From Chrysomallon squamiferum (lineage: Eukaryota > Animalia > Mollusca): a stretch of 64,000 nt of DNA. Positions 51,701 to 64,000 of the stretch are shown piece by piece. Numbering within the stretch: position 1 is the stretch's first letter; every line of letters starts with the position of its first letter. A program made the translations under genes and the position numbers. A model generated the notes under the pieces. It was not told the DNA's origin. It did no database searches and worked only from the letters and a program-made list of their open reading frames with translations. The stretch covers positions 10,664,001-10,728,000 of the forward strand of contig CM022666.1 in NCBI GenBank assembly GCA_012295275.1. The letters are read 5' to 3'.

Positions 51701-54700
51701 GCTACTGTTAGCAGTGTCAGTGCTGTTGTTAATCATAGTGATAGTGGTAATGTTAACAGTGTTTGTGCTGTTGTTAATGATATTGATAGTGGTACTGTTA
51801 GCAGTGTCAGTGCTGTTGTTAATCATAGTGATAGTGGTAATGTTAACAGTGTGCTGTTGTTAATGATATTGATAGTGCTACTGTTAACAGTGTCAGTGCT
51901 GTTGTTAATGATATTGATAGTGCTACTGTTAGCAGTGTCTGTGCTGTTGTTAATGATATTGATAGTGGTAATGTTAACAGTGTGCTGTTGTTAATGATAT
52001 TGATAGTGGTACTGTTAGCATGTTTGTGCTGTTAATGATATTGATAGTGGTAATGATAACAGTGTCAGTGCTGTTGTTAATCATATTGATAGTGGTAATG
52101 TTAACAGTGTCAGTGTTGTTAATCATAGTGATAGTGGTACTGTTAGCAGTTTCAGTGCTGTTGTTAATCATATTGTTAGTGGTACTCTTAGCAGTTCTAG
52201 TACTGTTGTTAATGATATTGATAGTGGTAATGTTAACAGTGTCAGTGCTGTTGTTAATCATAGTGATAGTGGTACTGTTAGAATGTTTGTGCTGTTGTTA
52301 ATCATAGTGATAGTGGTAATGTTAACAGTGTCAGTGCTGTTGTTAATCATAGTGATAGTGGTACCGTTAACAGTGTCAGTGCTGTTGTTAATCATATTGT
52401 TAGTGGTACTCTTAGCAGTTCTAGTACTGTTGTTAATCATATTGATAGTGGTGCTGTTGTTAATCATATTGTTAGTGGTGCTGTTGTTAATCATATTGTT
52501 AGTGGTTAATCACATTGTTAGTAGTGCTGTTGTTAATCATATTGTTAGTGGTACTCTTAGCAGTGTCAGTGCTGTTGTTAATCATATTGTTAGTGGTGCT
52601 GTTGTTAATCTTATTGTTAGTGGTGCTGTTGTTAATCATATTGTTAGTGGTGCTGTTAGCAGTGTCAGTGCTGTTGTTAATCATAGTGATAGTTAATCAT
52701 ACTCTTAGCAGGGTTAGTACAGTTGTTAATCATATTGTTAGTGGTGCTGTTAGCAGTGTCAGTGCTGTTGTTAATCATATTGATAGTGATGCTGTTGTTA
52801 ATCATATTGTTAGTGGTGCTGGTAGCAGTCTTAGTGCTGTTGCTTGTTTCTAGTGCTGCAGTTGAGGTATAAAACTAATGAAGTTCTTGTTTGTTTTGCA
52901 GGATGTCGTAGATGCTCATCCTGGCCTTAACTTCTTACAAGATGCCCCAGAATTTCACTCGAGATATGTGAACACTGTAAGTATGTTCAGTGTAGTTATA
53001 TGAACATTGTATTTGTGCTTACTGTAGATGTGTATGTGAACATTAAGAATATTATTATAAAAATGTGAAATTAAGTACATTTCACTATAATAAATATGTG
53101 AACAGTGTGTTTAAAGACTTCAAATTCAGTAATATATATATATTTTTTTGAAAGTTTTTATTCATTTACCATTATTGATTAATTATCTGTTTCAGGTGAT
53201 AGCTAGAATTTTCTTCTGTGTTAATCGATCGTGGTCTGGCAGAATCACTGCAACAGAGTTAAGAAAAAGCAACTTTCTAAGAGTAAGACTTTAAAATAAA
53301 AAAATAAACCTACACCTTTATCAATCTTAAGAAATTACATATACTTAATCAAATACATAATACAACACTTTATATATTTTTACCTTAGTAAACAAAACAC
53401 TAACATTAATGAATAAATTTAAATGAAATTTCATGAAGGAACATGGGAGATAACTGAAAATTCTGGTATTTCTATCATTTATTTTTAACATTCCACGTTT
53501 CTTTTACATATGACTAATTCAAATAGATTCTCAGTTTACAGTCCTATCTAAGGTACAAAACAGGCGAAGAAAACATCTAGATTTCAAATAATGTTTGCTT
53601 TCAGACATTGGCATTGTTGGAAGATGAGGATGACATCAACCAAGTGTCTGACTATTTTTCATATGAACATTTTTACGTCATCTACTGCAAGTTCTGGGAG
53701 CTCGACACTGATCACGATCTCTTCATCAGCAAGTCTGATCTTGCACGGCACAACGAACATGGTCCGTTAATGAATGAGTGAATAAAACAAATGAGCCAGT
53801 AGCTGAATAAAAAGGAATTAGAGAAATTAAAAAATAATAATTAAGGAATATAAATGAGTGAATAACAAATAAATGAATAACTGAAAATTATTGAATGAGA
53901 GAATAAAATGAATCAGTCTGTGAATGTAATGAATAAACAAATTGAATCAGGGGATGAATAATGAATAAACAACATGCAAGCAAAGCAAAAAGAACCAAGT
54001 GAATAAATTATAAATGTTGAATATGCCATTTTTACATGGGAAGGTGCACAAAAAAGCCACTTTTCTGCTAATCAGTAGAGGTAGGTGATGTTTACTGGCA
54101 GCAGCTTTCCTCTCTTATTATATGCTTGAAGTCTTAGTTTTCATTTCTGTTCAGTTTTGTGTTATGTGTGTTCATACATACAAGACTACAAATAATAAAT
54201 AATTTTCATTTACTTGCAGCTCTGTCTTCTAGTGTGATTGACAGGATTTTTTCTGGTGCTGTTACCAGGTGACAAAAAATCTTATAGTTTTTTAATCATT
54301 ATGTAATCAGTTTTTATAGACTTGTTTATTTTATTTTCTGTTTATTTAAAAAAAAAGTATAATCACTTCTAATATTTGGATTGAGTATAACGCATATGTT
54401 TGTAGAGTGCTTATATAAGTTTTAAACATTCCACTAAATTTAATGAATAGCTAATTTTAAGTTGTGTTTTTTCAGAGGTGTACGACAGCAAGAAGGTAGG
54501 ATGAGTTATCCAGAATTTGTCTGGTTTTTGATAGCTGAAGAAGATAAAAAACATCCAACTAGGTGAATAGTTTTGTTATGTAGAAAAGAAAAGAAAAATA
54601 TACACACACACACACAAATACATAAACAGAAAAATAAATAGATAAAAAGATCGAGATAACGATAAGTAAAATAAGATCAGTTATAATTTTTTTATGCATA

Positions 54701-56211
54701 ACATTAATCAACCATATCTGTTTACTGAAAACTATTGTTTTAAATACTGTCCTATCTGTAGTAATAATAAAAGGCAGATACCAAAAAAACAACACAAAAA
54801 GCATCTTCAAAATTATCATAACAGATAATATAGATAACCATATTAATTCTGTTACTGTCAGATTTAACTAAGTACTTAACTGAGATGTGATACTGTTTCA
54901 GTATAGAATACTGGTTTCGCTGCATGGATCTGGATGGAGATGGGGTGATTTCTATGTACGAGATGGAATTTTTCTATGAAGAGCAGATGCAGAAGATGGA
55001 GGCAATGGGAATTGAAAAACTGCCTTTTGAAGACTGTCTCTGTCAGGTTTGTTTTCATTGACAAGTTTTAGTTTGTCTAAACCAGAACTCCTGTTTACAA
55101 AACAGATTCTTTCCTCAGTGAACTATTTACATATTGCTACTTCTGCCACTGGTTCATGTACATAGATTTTCAAGTTTAGTTTCCTTGTAAACATTTTCAA
55201 ACTATTAAACTGTACAAAACAATATCTTTAACAAATTATTTCTTCAGAACAGAATCCACCTGTAATTAATTTAAATAGATTATCAGACTTACTTCTTTTC
55301 ATGAAGAAATTTACAGTTTGTTAATTTAACACTATCTTTAAGGAACTATTTGCAACATCCATTAACAGGTTAATTTTAAACAGATTTGTAACATATTCAA
55401 ATATTTACGTCTGTTTACCTCTAACAGCAATGTAACTTTGTTACATTGAATCACTGATTGTTAATGTATTTCTGTCCACATCTGAACTAATGTTTGTGTG
55501 ATAACAGACAGTTTGGGTCTAAATCTGTCCAGTTAGCTGTAACAGTCACTTTTCATAACACTTTTAAACACTGTGATAATCACTGTCACTCAAACTCTTC
55601 ATATAAATTTGTGGAACTTTGTTTTAGACTTACCTGTTTAGAATATTATATTATTATTAATTTGTGAATAATATGTATTTGAAAAAAAGATATTTTTCTT
55701 TTTGATCATCACTACAGATGTTGGATATGGTCAGGCCCCGTCAGCAAGGGCAGATAACTCTAAGTGATCTAAAGTCATGCAAGATGACTGATATTTTTTT
55801 TGATACATTTTTCAACTTGGATAAATTCCTTGAACATGAGCAGAGAGATCCATTTGCCAATGTTCAGGTAGGTTGTGTTGCTTTGTTTCTTCTGATTCAG
55901 TAAGATATCTTGAAATATATTAAAATTTCTGTCTCTGTTTAATTTTTCTTGTTATTAAAGTAATACTGTTTTTGGGTTTTTTTTTTTATATAGGACCCTG
56001 AGTCAAGTGGTCAGGAGATGTCAGATTGGGAAAAATATGCGGCTGAAGAATATGAGATTCTAGTAGCAGAGGAGGGAGCCAATGAACTGGAGGAAATGTG
56101 AGAATTATTTACACTTACCAGTGTGATATTACTAATATGTCACATTCAAACAAAAGTTTTTATCATGTCACTTTGAAACTGTAGTTTCACATATTTTCAC
56201 ATGCATGCAAA

Positions 56212-56303
<92 letters not shown>

Positions 56304-58449
56304 TACACACAAACCACACACACGCTCACAGTAGTTTTCAGAGAGAGCGAGCTATGAAAATTGACACACAGACATACACAATATAATATACAAATATCAT
56401 AATCAGACAACCAAGATTTAATTCAAACCAATGTTACTAACTAGAAAGATATTCAAAATATCTAATACGCTATGTTAATCACTGAAAAAGAACAGAAAAA
56501 AGAATTTTCTGTATAATTTAAACATGTTTTATACAATCTACATTTGTCAAATCAAAAGTATATGATATAAACTAAATGATTCTAAATTAATATAGTTTTC
56601 AATCCACAGTTTATCAATAATGCATCTTGCTTTCTTTTACTTTGTCTTTATTTATTTCTCTATACTGATAGTAGTGAACCACTTAATAAAAATTAGTTTT
56701 TGTTTCTAGCATCAAACAGAAATCATGTTTTTACCTAACAGGACAGATTCATTTTTTTGTGATACCTATCCTCAATACACCTGTCACTTTTCAACATTCA
56801 TAAACAAAACAAATAAATTAAAACAAGAGAGTATATCACAAGGGAGATAACTAAGAAACTGGTTTCCATATAAATTTGTCAGTTATTTTTGGTATTAAGT
56901 ATTTCTGCTACAATACTTCAAACATCACAAATACATGGCAATGTATTTTATTTAGAATTGTATTTATAACATGTTGTTTTAGCAAAATAAAATATGATAC
57001 ACTAAAATATTTCTCACAGATTATAATTTGTGATAATTTATGATCTCAAAAAATAAAATAAGATAAAATAAAATTTCAAAGATATCAGATGTATATATAT
57101 CCTGCAGATATTTTGCAATTGTAAATGATTACGTATCTATGTAAACAAGTTACAGGTTATAAGATACAAAATATAATATCAGCTAACATATTCACTGTCA
57201 TGTGCATGCAGCTGGTGGTGGCAGACGTGACAGACATGAAGGTATGCACTGCTAAGCTCTTAATATGTTTGTATGTTTTTATATTTTGTCTGTACAGTTT
57301 TTATATAAAATGTTTTTAACCTTTGAATGTAAACATCATGAAAAACTGTTTTTAAGGATTTGTAAGTTTATATTAACATCTTTGGTTTCTCTTCTTACAG
57401 ACATTTTTATTAAATTAAGTATATAATATTCTTGATTTTATCTGTTGTGGTTTGTTTATGTTTTGGTTATGTTTTTCTTAGTTGTTTTGATTTTACGTTT
57501 ATAATCTGATTTTAAATCTTAATCTGTGTATTTTACCAGAGTAATCTGCTTTTGATAATCTCCTTATAATTAAAATTTTGGGGAAGTAAAAATATTTAAT
57601 TTGAATTTTTTTTTTTTATTTAAGCACAATAAAAATCATTGCCTATGACTGGTATATTTTTCTGTTGTTTATAATTTTACCCTGATTTTAAATGCGATTC
57701 TTTTCATATTTGTCTCAGTTTCTGTATTTCTCTTTTCTGTGAAAATATTGTTATCAAAGTGAAACCTAATATTAAATGTTGCCACCCTAAGTATAATGTA
57801 AATTTAAATGTTCTGTGTGTATTTAAATCATGTTTACCTATGAATGCTTATCTAGTGTAGTTGTCAAAATGTAAATCAGATGTTTTTTGTTCACTTTTAT
57901 AATTTATTTACTATATTATAAATCTGTTTCTTTAAAAATATTATAGTTAATAAGTAATCAGTCTAAGAAAATAAAGAATGTAATAAACAGAGTGAAAAAA
58001 GTTAGAACAAAGGAAGACTAAGAATTTAAACAAACAAGCAAAAACAAATCATAACAGATTAATTTTGAAATAAAAAAATACCCCCTAAAAATACAAAGAA
58101 ATAAACCAACCCCACCCAAAAACAACCAAGAAGCATTCATTTACAAAAACAAAAAGAACCAAAAATGCAATAAATAAATAAATAAAAATTAAATATAATA
58201 AAATAATTATAATAATAAACAACTGAAAAACACTTTATACCCCAACTTATATTGATATTTTTATTGTATTGTCTTGTGTGATGTTGATATGTGTATACTT
58301 TCAGACACTATGAGGATGATTTTGAACCAGATGATGATGACCTAGGTGATGAGATGATTCGTCTCGGTGACCCCCCACAAAGAAAAATCAAAGTGAGCCA
58401 AAGTAAAGAAGATATTTATGACTTCAGTTCAAACAATCTTGGATTCTGA
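34826..58449 (+). CDS. PPP2R3B: PP2A regulatory subunit B'' (PR72/PR70; PPP2R3A/PPP2R3B co-ortholog), 609 aa, 13 coding exons
   Basis: Exons 34826-35122, 47312-47638, 48932-49035, 49677-49779, 52902-52976, 53196-53282, 53605-53761, 54220-54268, 54476-54562, 54902-55046, 55718-55867, 55994-56097, 58305-58449 (1830 nt, phases consistent). Motifs [51 protein letters not shown]-hand [29 protein letters not shown]. Confidence 0.95.
38497..39274 (+). mobile_element. Decayed, internally deleted hAT DNA transposon (Charlie/SPIN-like, GTF2IRD2-type transposase fragment) in PPP2R3 intron
   Basis: Broken translation 38746-39167: (M)[100 protein letters not shown]. 3' TIR-like end CTGCCCACCCCTG at 39274; eroded 5' end; candidate 8-bp TSD TCTTACCT 38489-38496 / TCTTACTT 39275-39282. 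Confidence 0.85.
42720..43160. repeat. AT-rich ~40-46-bp minisatellite (taaattgtgatatattgtataaaactacataataaaatatt..), ~9 copies
   Basis: Tandem copies read directly; intronic. Confidence 0.85.
43803..44294 (+). CDS. Candidate alternative first coding exon of PPP2R3
   Basis: 164 open codons from ATG 43803, GC-richer than flanks, ending at CAG|GTATAC in phase 0, matching the phase-0 acceptor at 47312; internal SQLPxSET-type repeats. Confidence 0.5.
45149..45219. repeat. (TC)n microsatellite
   Basis: Direct reading. Confidence 0.95.
45601..45646. repeat. (CA)n microsatellite
   Basis: Direct reading. Confidence 0.95.
50130..52845. repeat. 45-bp minisatellite (gtgctgttgttaatcatagtgatagtggtactgttaacagtgtca), ~55-60 units, decaying to 27-bp units at the 3' end
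   Basis: Head-to-tail copies without spacers; fills most of the PPP2R3 intron 49780-52901. Confidence 0.97.
56217..56325. repeat. (TC)n(CA)n microsatellite
   Basis: Direct reading. Confidence 0.95.
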
Positions 58450-59439
58450 TTTGCCAAAGGAAAGAGTTTGGAAGGTGCTTCCCTGTATGTTTATAATGAT
58501 CAAGTCTGGATGATGAAGATATGGTCAGATGATGGAAGTTTTTCAAGTGATAGAATATATTCATGATGATCAGTTATTCTGAGAATGATGAGTACATGTT
58601 CTAAATGATGAAAGGATATTTGGGATGAAGGAATAGTTGAGAATGACAGAAAAATATTCACGATTACTAAATGTTTTCTTGATGATGAAAATGTATCATT
58701 GGTGATAAAAATATATTTAGAATGATGAAAATATGTCCACAGCAATGAATATATAAATTAAAGATGATGAAAATTTTTTGAGGAGTATGAAAATATTAGA
58801 TGATGGTGAAAATTATTTATGATTATGATAGATTACTGGTGCTGTCTATCAAAAGTTAACAATAGTATGTAAATATGTCGCTGTGTGAAACAATCATTTT
58901 TATATAAAATCTACAAAAACCTTCTTTACAAAGAGTAGGGGTATTAAACTAGCCTGTGAACACAGATATAGTACTTTACTAACCAAGCAAAAATTTCCTG
59001 ACTTCGTTCATTCTTACTCTGCAGTTTCACCCACTTACACCAGTGAATATTAAAATATCCACAGCTACATAAACAGGACTACTACAGTGTGTGATTTTTA
59101 TAATTACTGCATTAAAAAGACACTGGCCAATGAAACTCACTGTAGTTTAAAAAGTCAGTCTACAAAACCGTGTAGAACTTATTATGCCATATTGTGAATA
59201 TTAAAACCACAACTGCTGGTTACGACTACTTTAGCATGCAGCTCTGTGAAGATTCTTGCTTTTAACTAATTCACAGACTTTCACATTAACAGTATTTTCT
59301 GATGATGTTATTTGTAAATGTCCTGTTTTTATTGACTATAATCTTAAACATGTTGTCTATGAAAGTCACAAATTCAATATTTTGTCTCAGTGATAATGAA
59401 AACTGAATTCTTAGTGTGATGATAAATTAATGTTAAGTA

Positions 59440-59900
59440 CTGAATTGTTAATGATACAATAAATACTGAATTGATGCATTATTGTCAAATTTAAGATAAG
59501 ATTGAATTATTAATGTGAGGATGAATACTGAATTGTTCATGTGAATAAAATTAAATTATTAAAATAAAGATAAATACTGAACTGTTTATGTGAAAATAAA
59601 GGCTGATTTGCTAAAGTAAAAGTAAATAAATTATTTTTTAAATAAAAAATAATACTGCATTGTTAATATAATTAAAGAAAATTGTAAATGTTAAAAAAAT
59701 ACTGAATTGTAAAGATAAATAGTGCATTGTTAACGTAGACAAATTCTAAACTGCTAATGTAAAAATAAATACTGAATTGTTTATGTAAAAATAAATACTG
59801 GATTGTTTATGTAAAAATAAATACTGAATTGTTTATGTAAAAATAAATACTGGATTGTTTATGTAAAAATAAATACTGAATTGTTAATAAAAATAAAACT
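59440..59900. repeat. 26-bp repeat (aaaaataaatactgaattgtttatgt); near-perfect at 59761-59890, degenerate upstream
   Basis: Direct reading; downstream of the PPP2R3 stop. Confidence 0.85.
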
Positions 59901-60662
59901 ATATGTAAAGACAAAATGAACTGTTAATGTGCATAAAGAAGATAATCTGACTTCAGTGTCAAGAATTACTAATAAGATAATTATTTAATTAAAAATGTAG
60001 ACATTGAGATAAATATTAATATGAAAAAATAAAGATAAATACTGAGCATGTTAAATGTTGATGATAAGAAACATTTCACAAAGACATTAGAGTTAGTGCT
60101 ATCTGTGTTAAATAAGTAGATATTTTTATACAAAAGAGGCCTTTTGAATAATGTTCTCTATGTTACTCGCGCTTTTTGGTTACAATTTGTCTGAAATATT
60201 GAGTATCCTGCCTATAAGATGTATAATCAAAAGTCATTAAAACATACTTTACTACATATTCAAAGCTAGCTGAAATCTCACATCACTGAGATAGAAAAAC
60301 AAAAATTTACCCTCCACACTGTTAATCTTCCCTCCATCCTCAACCCATCCCTCCACAATCACCCGTCCACATCATCTCTACACCATGAAACCACTCGTGT
60401 GTGGTTTTTTTATGGTATATAGATTTATATATGAAGTAAACCATGTTGTTTCTTTCCTTTTTTCTTTAAATTATTTTATTTAAATGGCAGTATTTTGTAT
60501 AAAACTAGTGTATTTATTATTTGTGTAAAACAAACATTATACTTAATGTGTATTTTTTATACATACATGTTGTACATATTTTTATTGTAGTAAAGTATAT
60601 TTTCTTGATTTCACAAATCTTTTTCTATTTTGTTCTTGTCACTATTGAAAACATTTATACCA

Positions 60663-60693
<31 letters not shown>

Positions 60694-62379
60694 TTAAGTA
60701 ATAGGGTCTGCAAAATAACAGATTAGTGATTTTTCCAGATACAGGAGTGAATAGATTTGAATGCTTTAAATTCAACAATTCATCATCTCATTCTGGCTTT
60801 GAAGTTGTCATGGTGCCAATACTTAAAATGCTCGTTATAATGTCTAGGCATTTAAAAATTCTATGGCAAGGATTGGTCAATTTTAAATTGGGACAGTAAA
60901 ATATCTATCCGCTAGATAAATAACATGACATCAAGAGTACGGTTTGAGTTATTTATGTACAGAACATAACAAGATAAATAAAACTAGATTTATATATATA
61001 TATATACTGATAATAAAGCTTAAAAGTATGCACGTAATTTATTTTGAAAGCTCCACGTTAACAGTTGTGTAGTAATACGGCTACCCAGTGGTAAAAACGT
61101 AATGGATTGTACCATGATAATAGTAACACAGATGTATAATACAGCTGCACCGAGAATTTAGGTCACGTTCCAGAACATATCTGTGTAACGACATCGTTAA
61201 CATGTCGCTGATAAATTTTCATGATCTCAAAGTTGTCTTTACAAACATCGTTATGAATAGATCCAAAGTGATTTTTAGTTATATTTCCGATGTGTTTGAA
61301 ATCAGATGAACAGTTTAGATCGATAATTATGTCCCCTTTTGTTCGATATCGTAAATATCGGTAAAATGTCTATAACTTACGACCGCAGGAACATGAAATT
61401 TGGACTGTTTTGTTCTACTTAAATTCTGCATATGCTCATATATAGTGTTGGACATTATTTTAAGATGCATTTTGTAAAATCAAGTAAACTGTTTGAAAAA
61501 AAGCTGACTTATTGGACTTTTTTTCCATGATATACCGCCAGACGTTTTCTGTCAGTTTAAAGTATCTTCAACTTACTTTTTTCCTTAAGTGAGATATCCG
61601 TTAAAATCGTTAAATCAATGTTTTTTGCAGTTTATTAGTTCGAAAATTTTTTATTTTTATAAGACTGCATCCATTTTTCTACGGGGCGATAACAAATGAT
61701 ATCTCAGACTGCGAGGACCTCGATGAATTCGCTACACTCGCTGGCGGGGACACAGCTCATATCTTAATTAAACAAACAATTAAACAAATACAAAATACAA
61801 ATTTCTTAAAATTATTATTAAAATTAAATAAAATGAAATAAATAATTCATGAAAATCTGCCAGTGACATTTCAAATTCCTCTAATAGGGGTCTTGGGTTT
61901 CTTCTTACAGCGTTTGTACGACTAAATGGTTCGCAAAAATGCGATCTCAAAGATGACCGATCTAAAGGAATTTAAAGCGAGAATCTGGCAGAGAACCAGT
62001 GATATCCATCCAACTGTCCAGTCTTAGCTGTCCACCTTTCATTAGTTTATATTAGTTTAAATGACGCTGGCTTTGTTCAGTACATGGTAACAATGAAAGT
62101 CATTTATAATTTGAGCATAATTCAGTTCATTCAAGAAATTTTTTAAATTAAAATTTTTAATTTAATTTAATTTTAACTAATTCATTTTTTTTTTAGTTAT
62201 GTTATTTCCAAAGTAAATGACGTGTGTTTAATTATATAATTAATAAAACAGTTTAATATGTGCCAGCATGTTTTTTGCTGTAAAAAACCTCCTGCGGATA
62301 TTTAAAATAACTAGTTTTATTTTGTATCATTTAAAACAGTCCTACAGTTCACTTTTAGCACGTTAAATACTATTTGTTT

Positions 62380-64000
62380 TTACACATTTATTATTTCTAA
62401 TGTCGACATGAATTTTATCACTTTCTCGGATCTTCGTGATTCTGTAAATACTTTTACTACATCTTTGTAATTTTCTGCTAAGTTGATAGGTGTTTTGCCG
62501 TCGTTGTTCACAACTTTCACGTCAGCGCCAGACTGCACTAACATTTTTACGACGTCTAGACAGCCTTTGGTAGTAGCATGGTGCAAGACGGTGTTGTTTT
62601 GTGAAACTGATTGCCACGTCGGCACCTTGATCCCGGAGGTAACAGAATACTCGAATGTCACAGATGAAGAGCAGTCTCTCCTTTATTATTGTCCGCCTCG
62701 AGTTCAAATCCTCGGTTTATCAAAGAATTCACAACTTCAAAAGAACCGTTCTTAGCAGCGAAGTGTAGAAGATAGAAGAGAGTGTTTTTTCTTTATCTTT
62801 AACATCGATGCTAGTTCTCTGCTTCAGTAGATAATAAGAACATTTAACAAAATCAGATGTAGCTAAATGAAGAGGTGTTTCTCCGTTGTTGTTCACAGCG
62901 TTCACGTGCAGTCCTTTTTTTTATTAACATCTTCACAACACCAATACTGCCGAATTCTGCAGCGCTGTGTAAAACTGTGTTGCCGTCAACGTCTCTCATG
63001 TTAACGTCGGCGCCTTGTCTCAGTAAATATCTGAAAATATCAATATTATCTGTGGAGACTGGCACTGGTGTTGTTCCGTGAAAGCATTCACGTGAAAGTG
63101 ACCGAAGCCAGCAGCATAGTGCAATAGTGACGACTTATCGCTGTCCGTTACATTGAAAGTAAAAACGTTTCTGTCATGTTTTTCACACTGCAGTGACCAT
63201 ATTTGTTACACAGGTTGAGTTGTGCACCTCGCCTTGTCAAAACTTTCACTGCTTCCATACACCTGCGATCGGCGGCAAAGCTTAAAACAGAGTTATTCTC
63301 TTCGTCTTTGATATTGTAATCAGCATCGTGTTCCAATAGGTGTGTGAACAATGGAGAGGGTTGAGTCCATTTTTGTTGACTGCGTTCAAGTCAGTACCTG
63401 AATGAACAACACGTTTGACAATGTCTAAACATCCACTGTCCATGGCAAAATGCAGGGTGGTAGAGTTAATGACATCTCTCACACTGAGGTGCGCACCTTG
63501 ATCCAACTGATAGGAAAACACTTCAGCATTACCGGTCCTTCAATGGAGTGCAGTTTGTTTTCTATCACAACCTTTTTTTAGCACAACCTTTTTTGGCGGC
63601 AGGATGCAGAACGCTGCAGTTGTCATTATCAGTTAATCTGTGATTTTCCCATCTCTCTAGTAAATAGAAAACTACTCTGATGTTATCAACAGAATAGAAA
63701 AGCGGTGATTGGCCGTTCTGGTTTCTCACATTCAGTTCAGCTCCGTGTGATATTAGAGCTTTTATCACATCTAGATATCCTTTTTCAGTAGCATAAGGCA
63801 AAGCCGTGTCACAGTTAATATCCTCGATGTTTGGATCTGCTCCGTGCAGCAGTAAAAACGAAACTCTCTCTGTAACTGGTTGATGGTCTCGTGAACAAGC
63901 GTTGTGAAGCGCAGTTTTACCCTCGTTATCAATAGCATTGTTTACCGCACCTTTCTCCACTAATACTTTTACATCTTCCAAACATCCTTTGTCCGCAGCA
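62380..64000 (-). pseudogene. Ankyrin-repeat gene remnant, truncated by the window edge
   Basis: Five ORF fragments in different frames each carry ankyrin consensus (GKTALHNAC, GADPNIED, GNTVLHSAAEFGSIGVVKML, GADVKVVNNDGKTPI). They are separated by frameshifts, stops and partial-repeat deletions, with no intron-like sequence between them. Confidence 0.85.

Noticed and set aside
50130-52845. CRISPR array, or mucin/membrane-protein genes from the repeat ORFs
   Set aside because: Units are head-to-tail with no unique spacers, the context is eukaryotic and there are no cas genes. The ORFs arise because 45 is a multiple of 3, and they are repeatedly frameshifted inside a PPP2R3 intron.
61080-61760. 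CpG-richer intergenic segment, possibly a transposon remnant
   Set aside because: No terminal repeats, TSD or coding similarity that I could identify.

Overview
AT-rich, microsatellite-rich, intron-containing animal genomic DNA (invertebrate; mollusc-like is a guess from composition). It is not prokaryotic. By tracing GT-AG junctions and exon phases by hand I can assemble four complete genes: LAMP (minus, 8 exons), the 60-aa microprotein COPS9/MYEOV2 (plus, 3 exons, absent from the ORF track), an FHA-less aprataxin (minus, 6 exons) and a PP2A B'' regulatory subunit PPP2R3A/B-like (plus, 13 coding exons). They form two head-to-head pairs. The left end holds the 5' part of an unidentified gene with an apparent 10.57-kb exon (1118-11688, minus). 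Its coding sequence is split into 1959-aa and ~1555-aa frames by a single -1 register shift at ~5790-5800. This is the most striking feature, but a one-base homopolymer assembly error is the simplest explanation. Also present: a decayed hAT (GTF2IRD2/Charlie-type) transposon, a 2.7-kb 45-bp minisatellite, smaller tandem repeats and hairpins, CLEAR-like motifs in the LAMP promoter, and a fragmented ankyrin-repeat pseudogene at the right edge.
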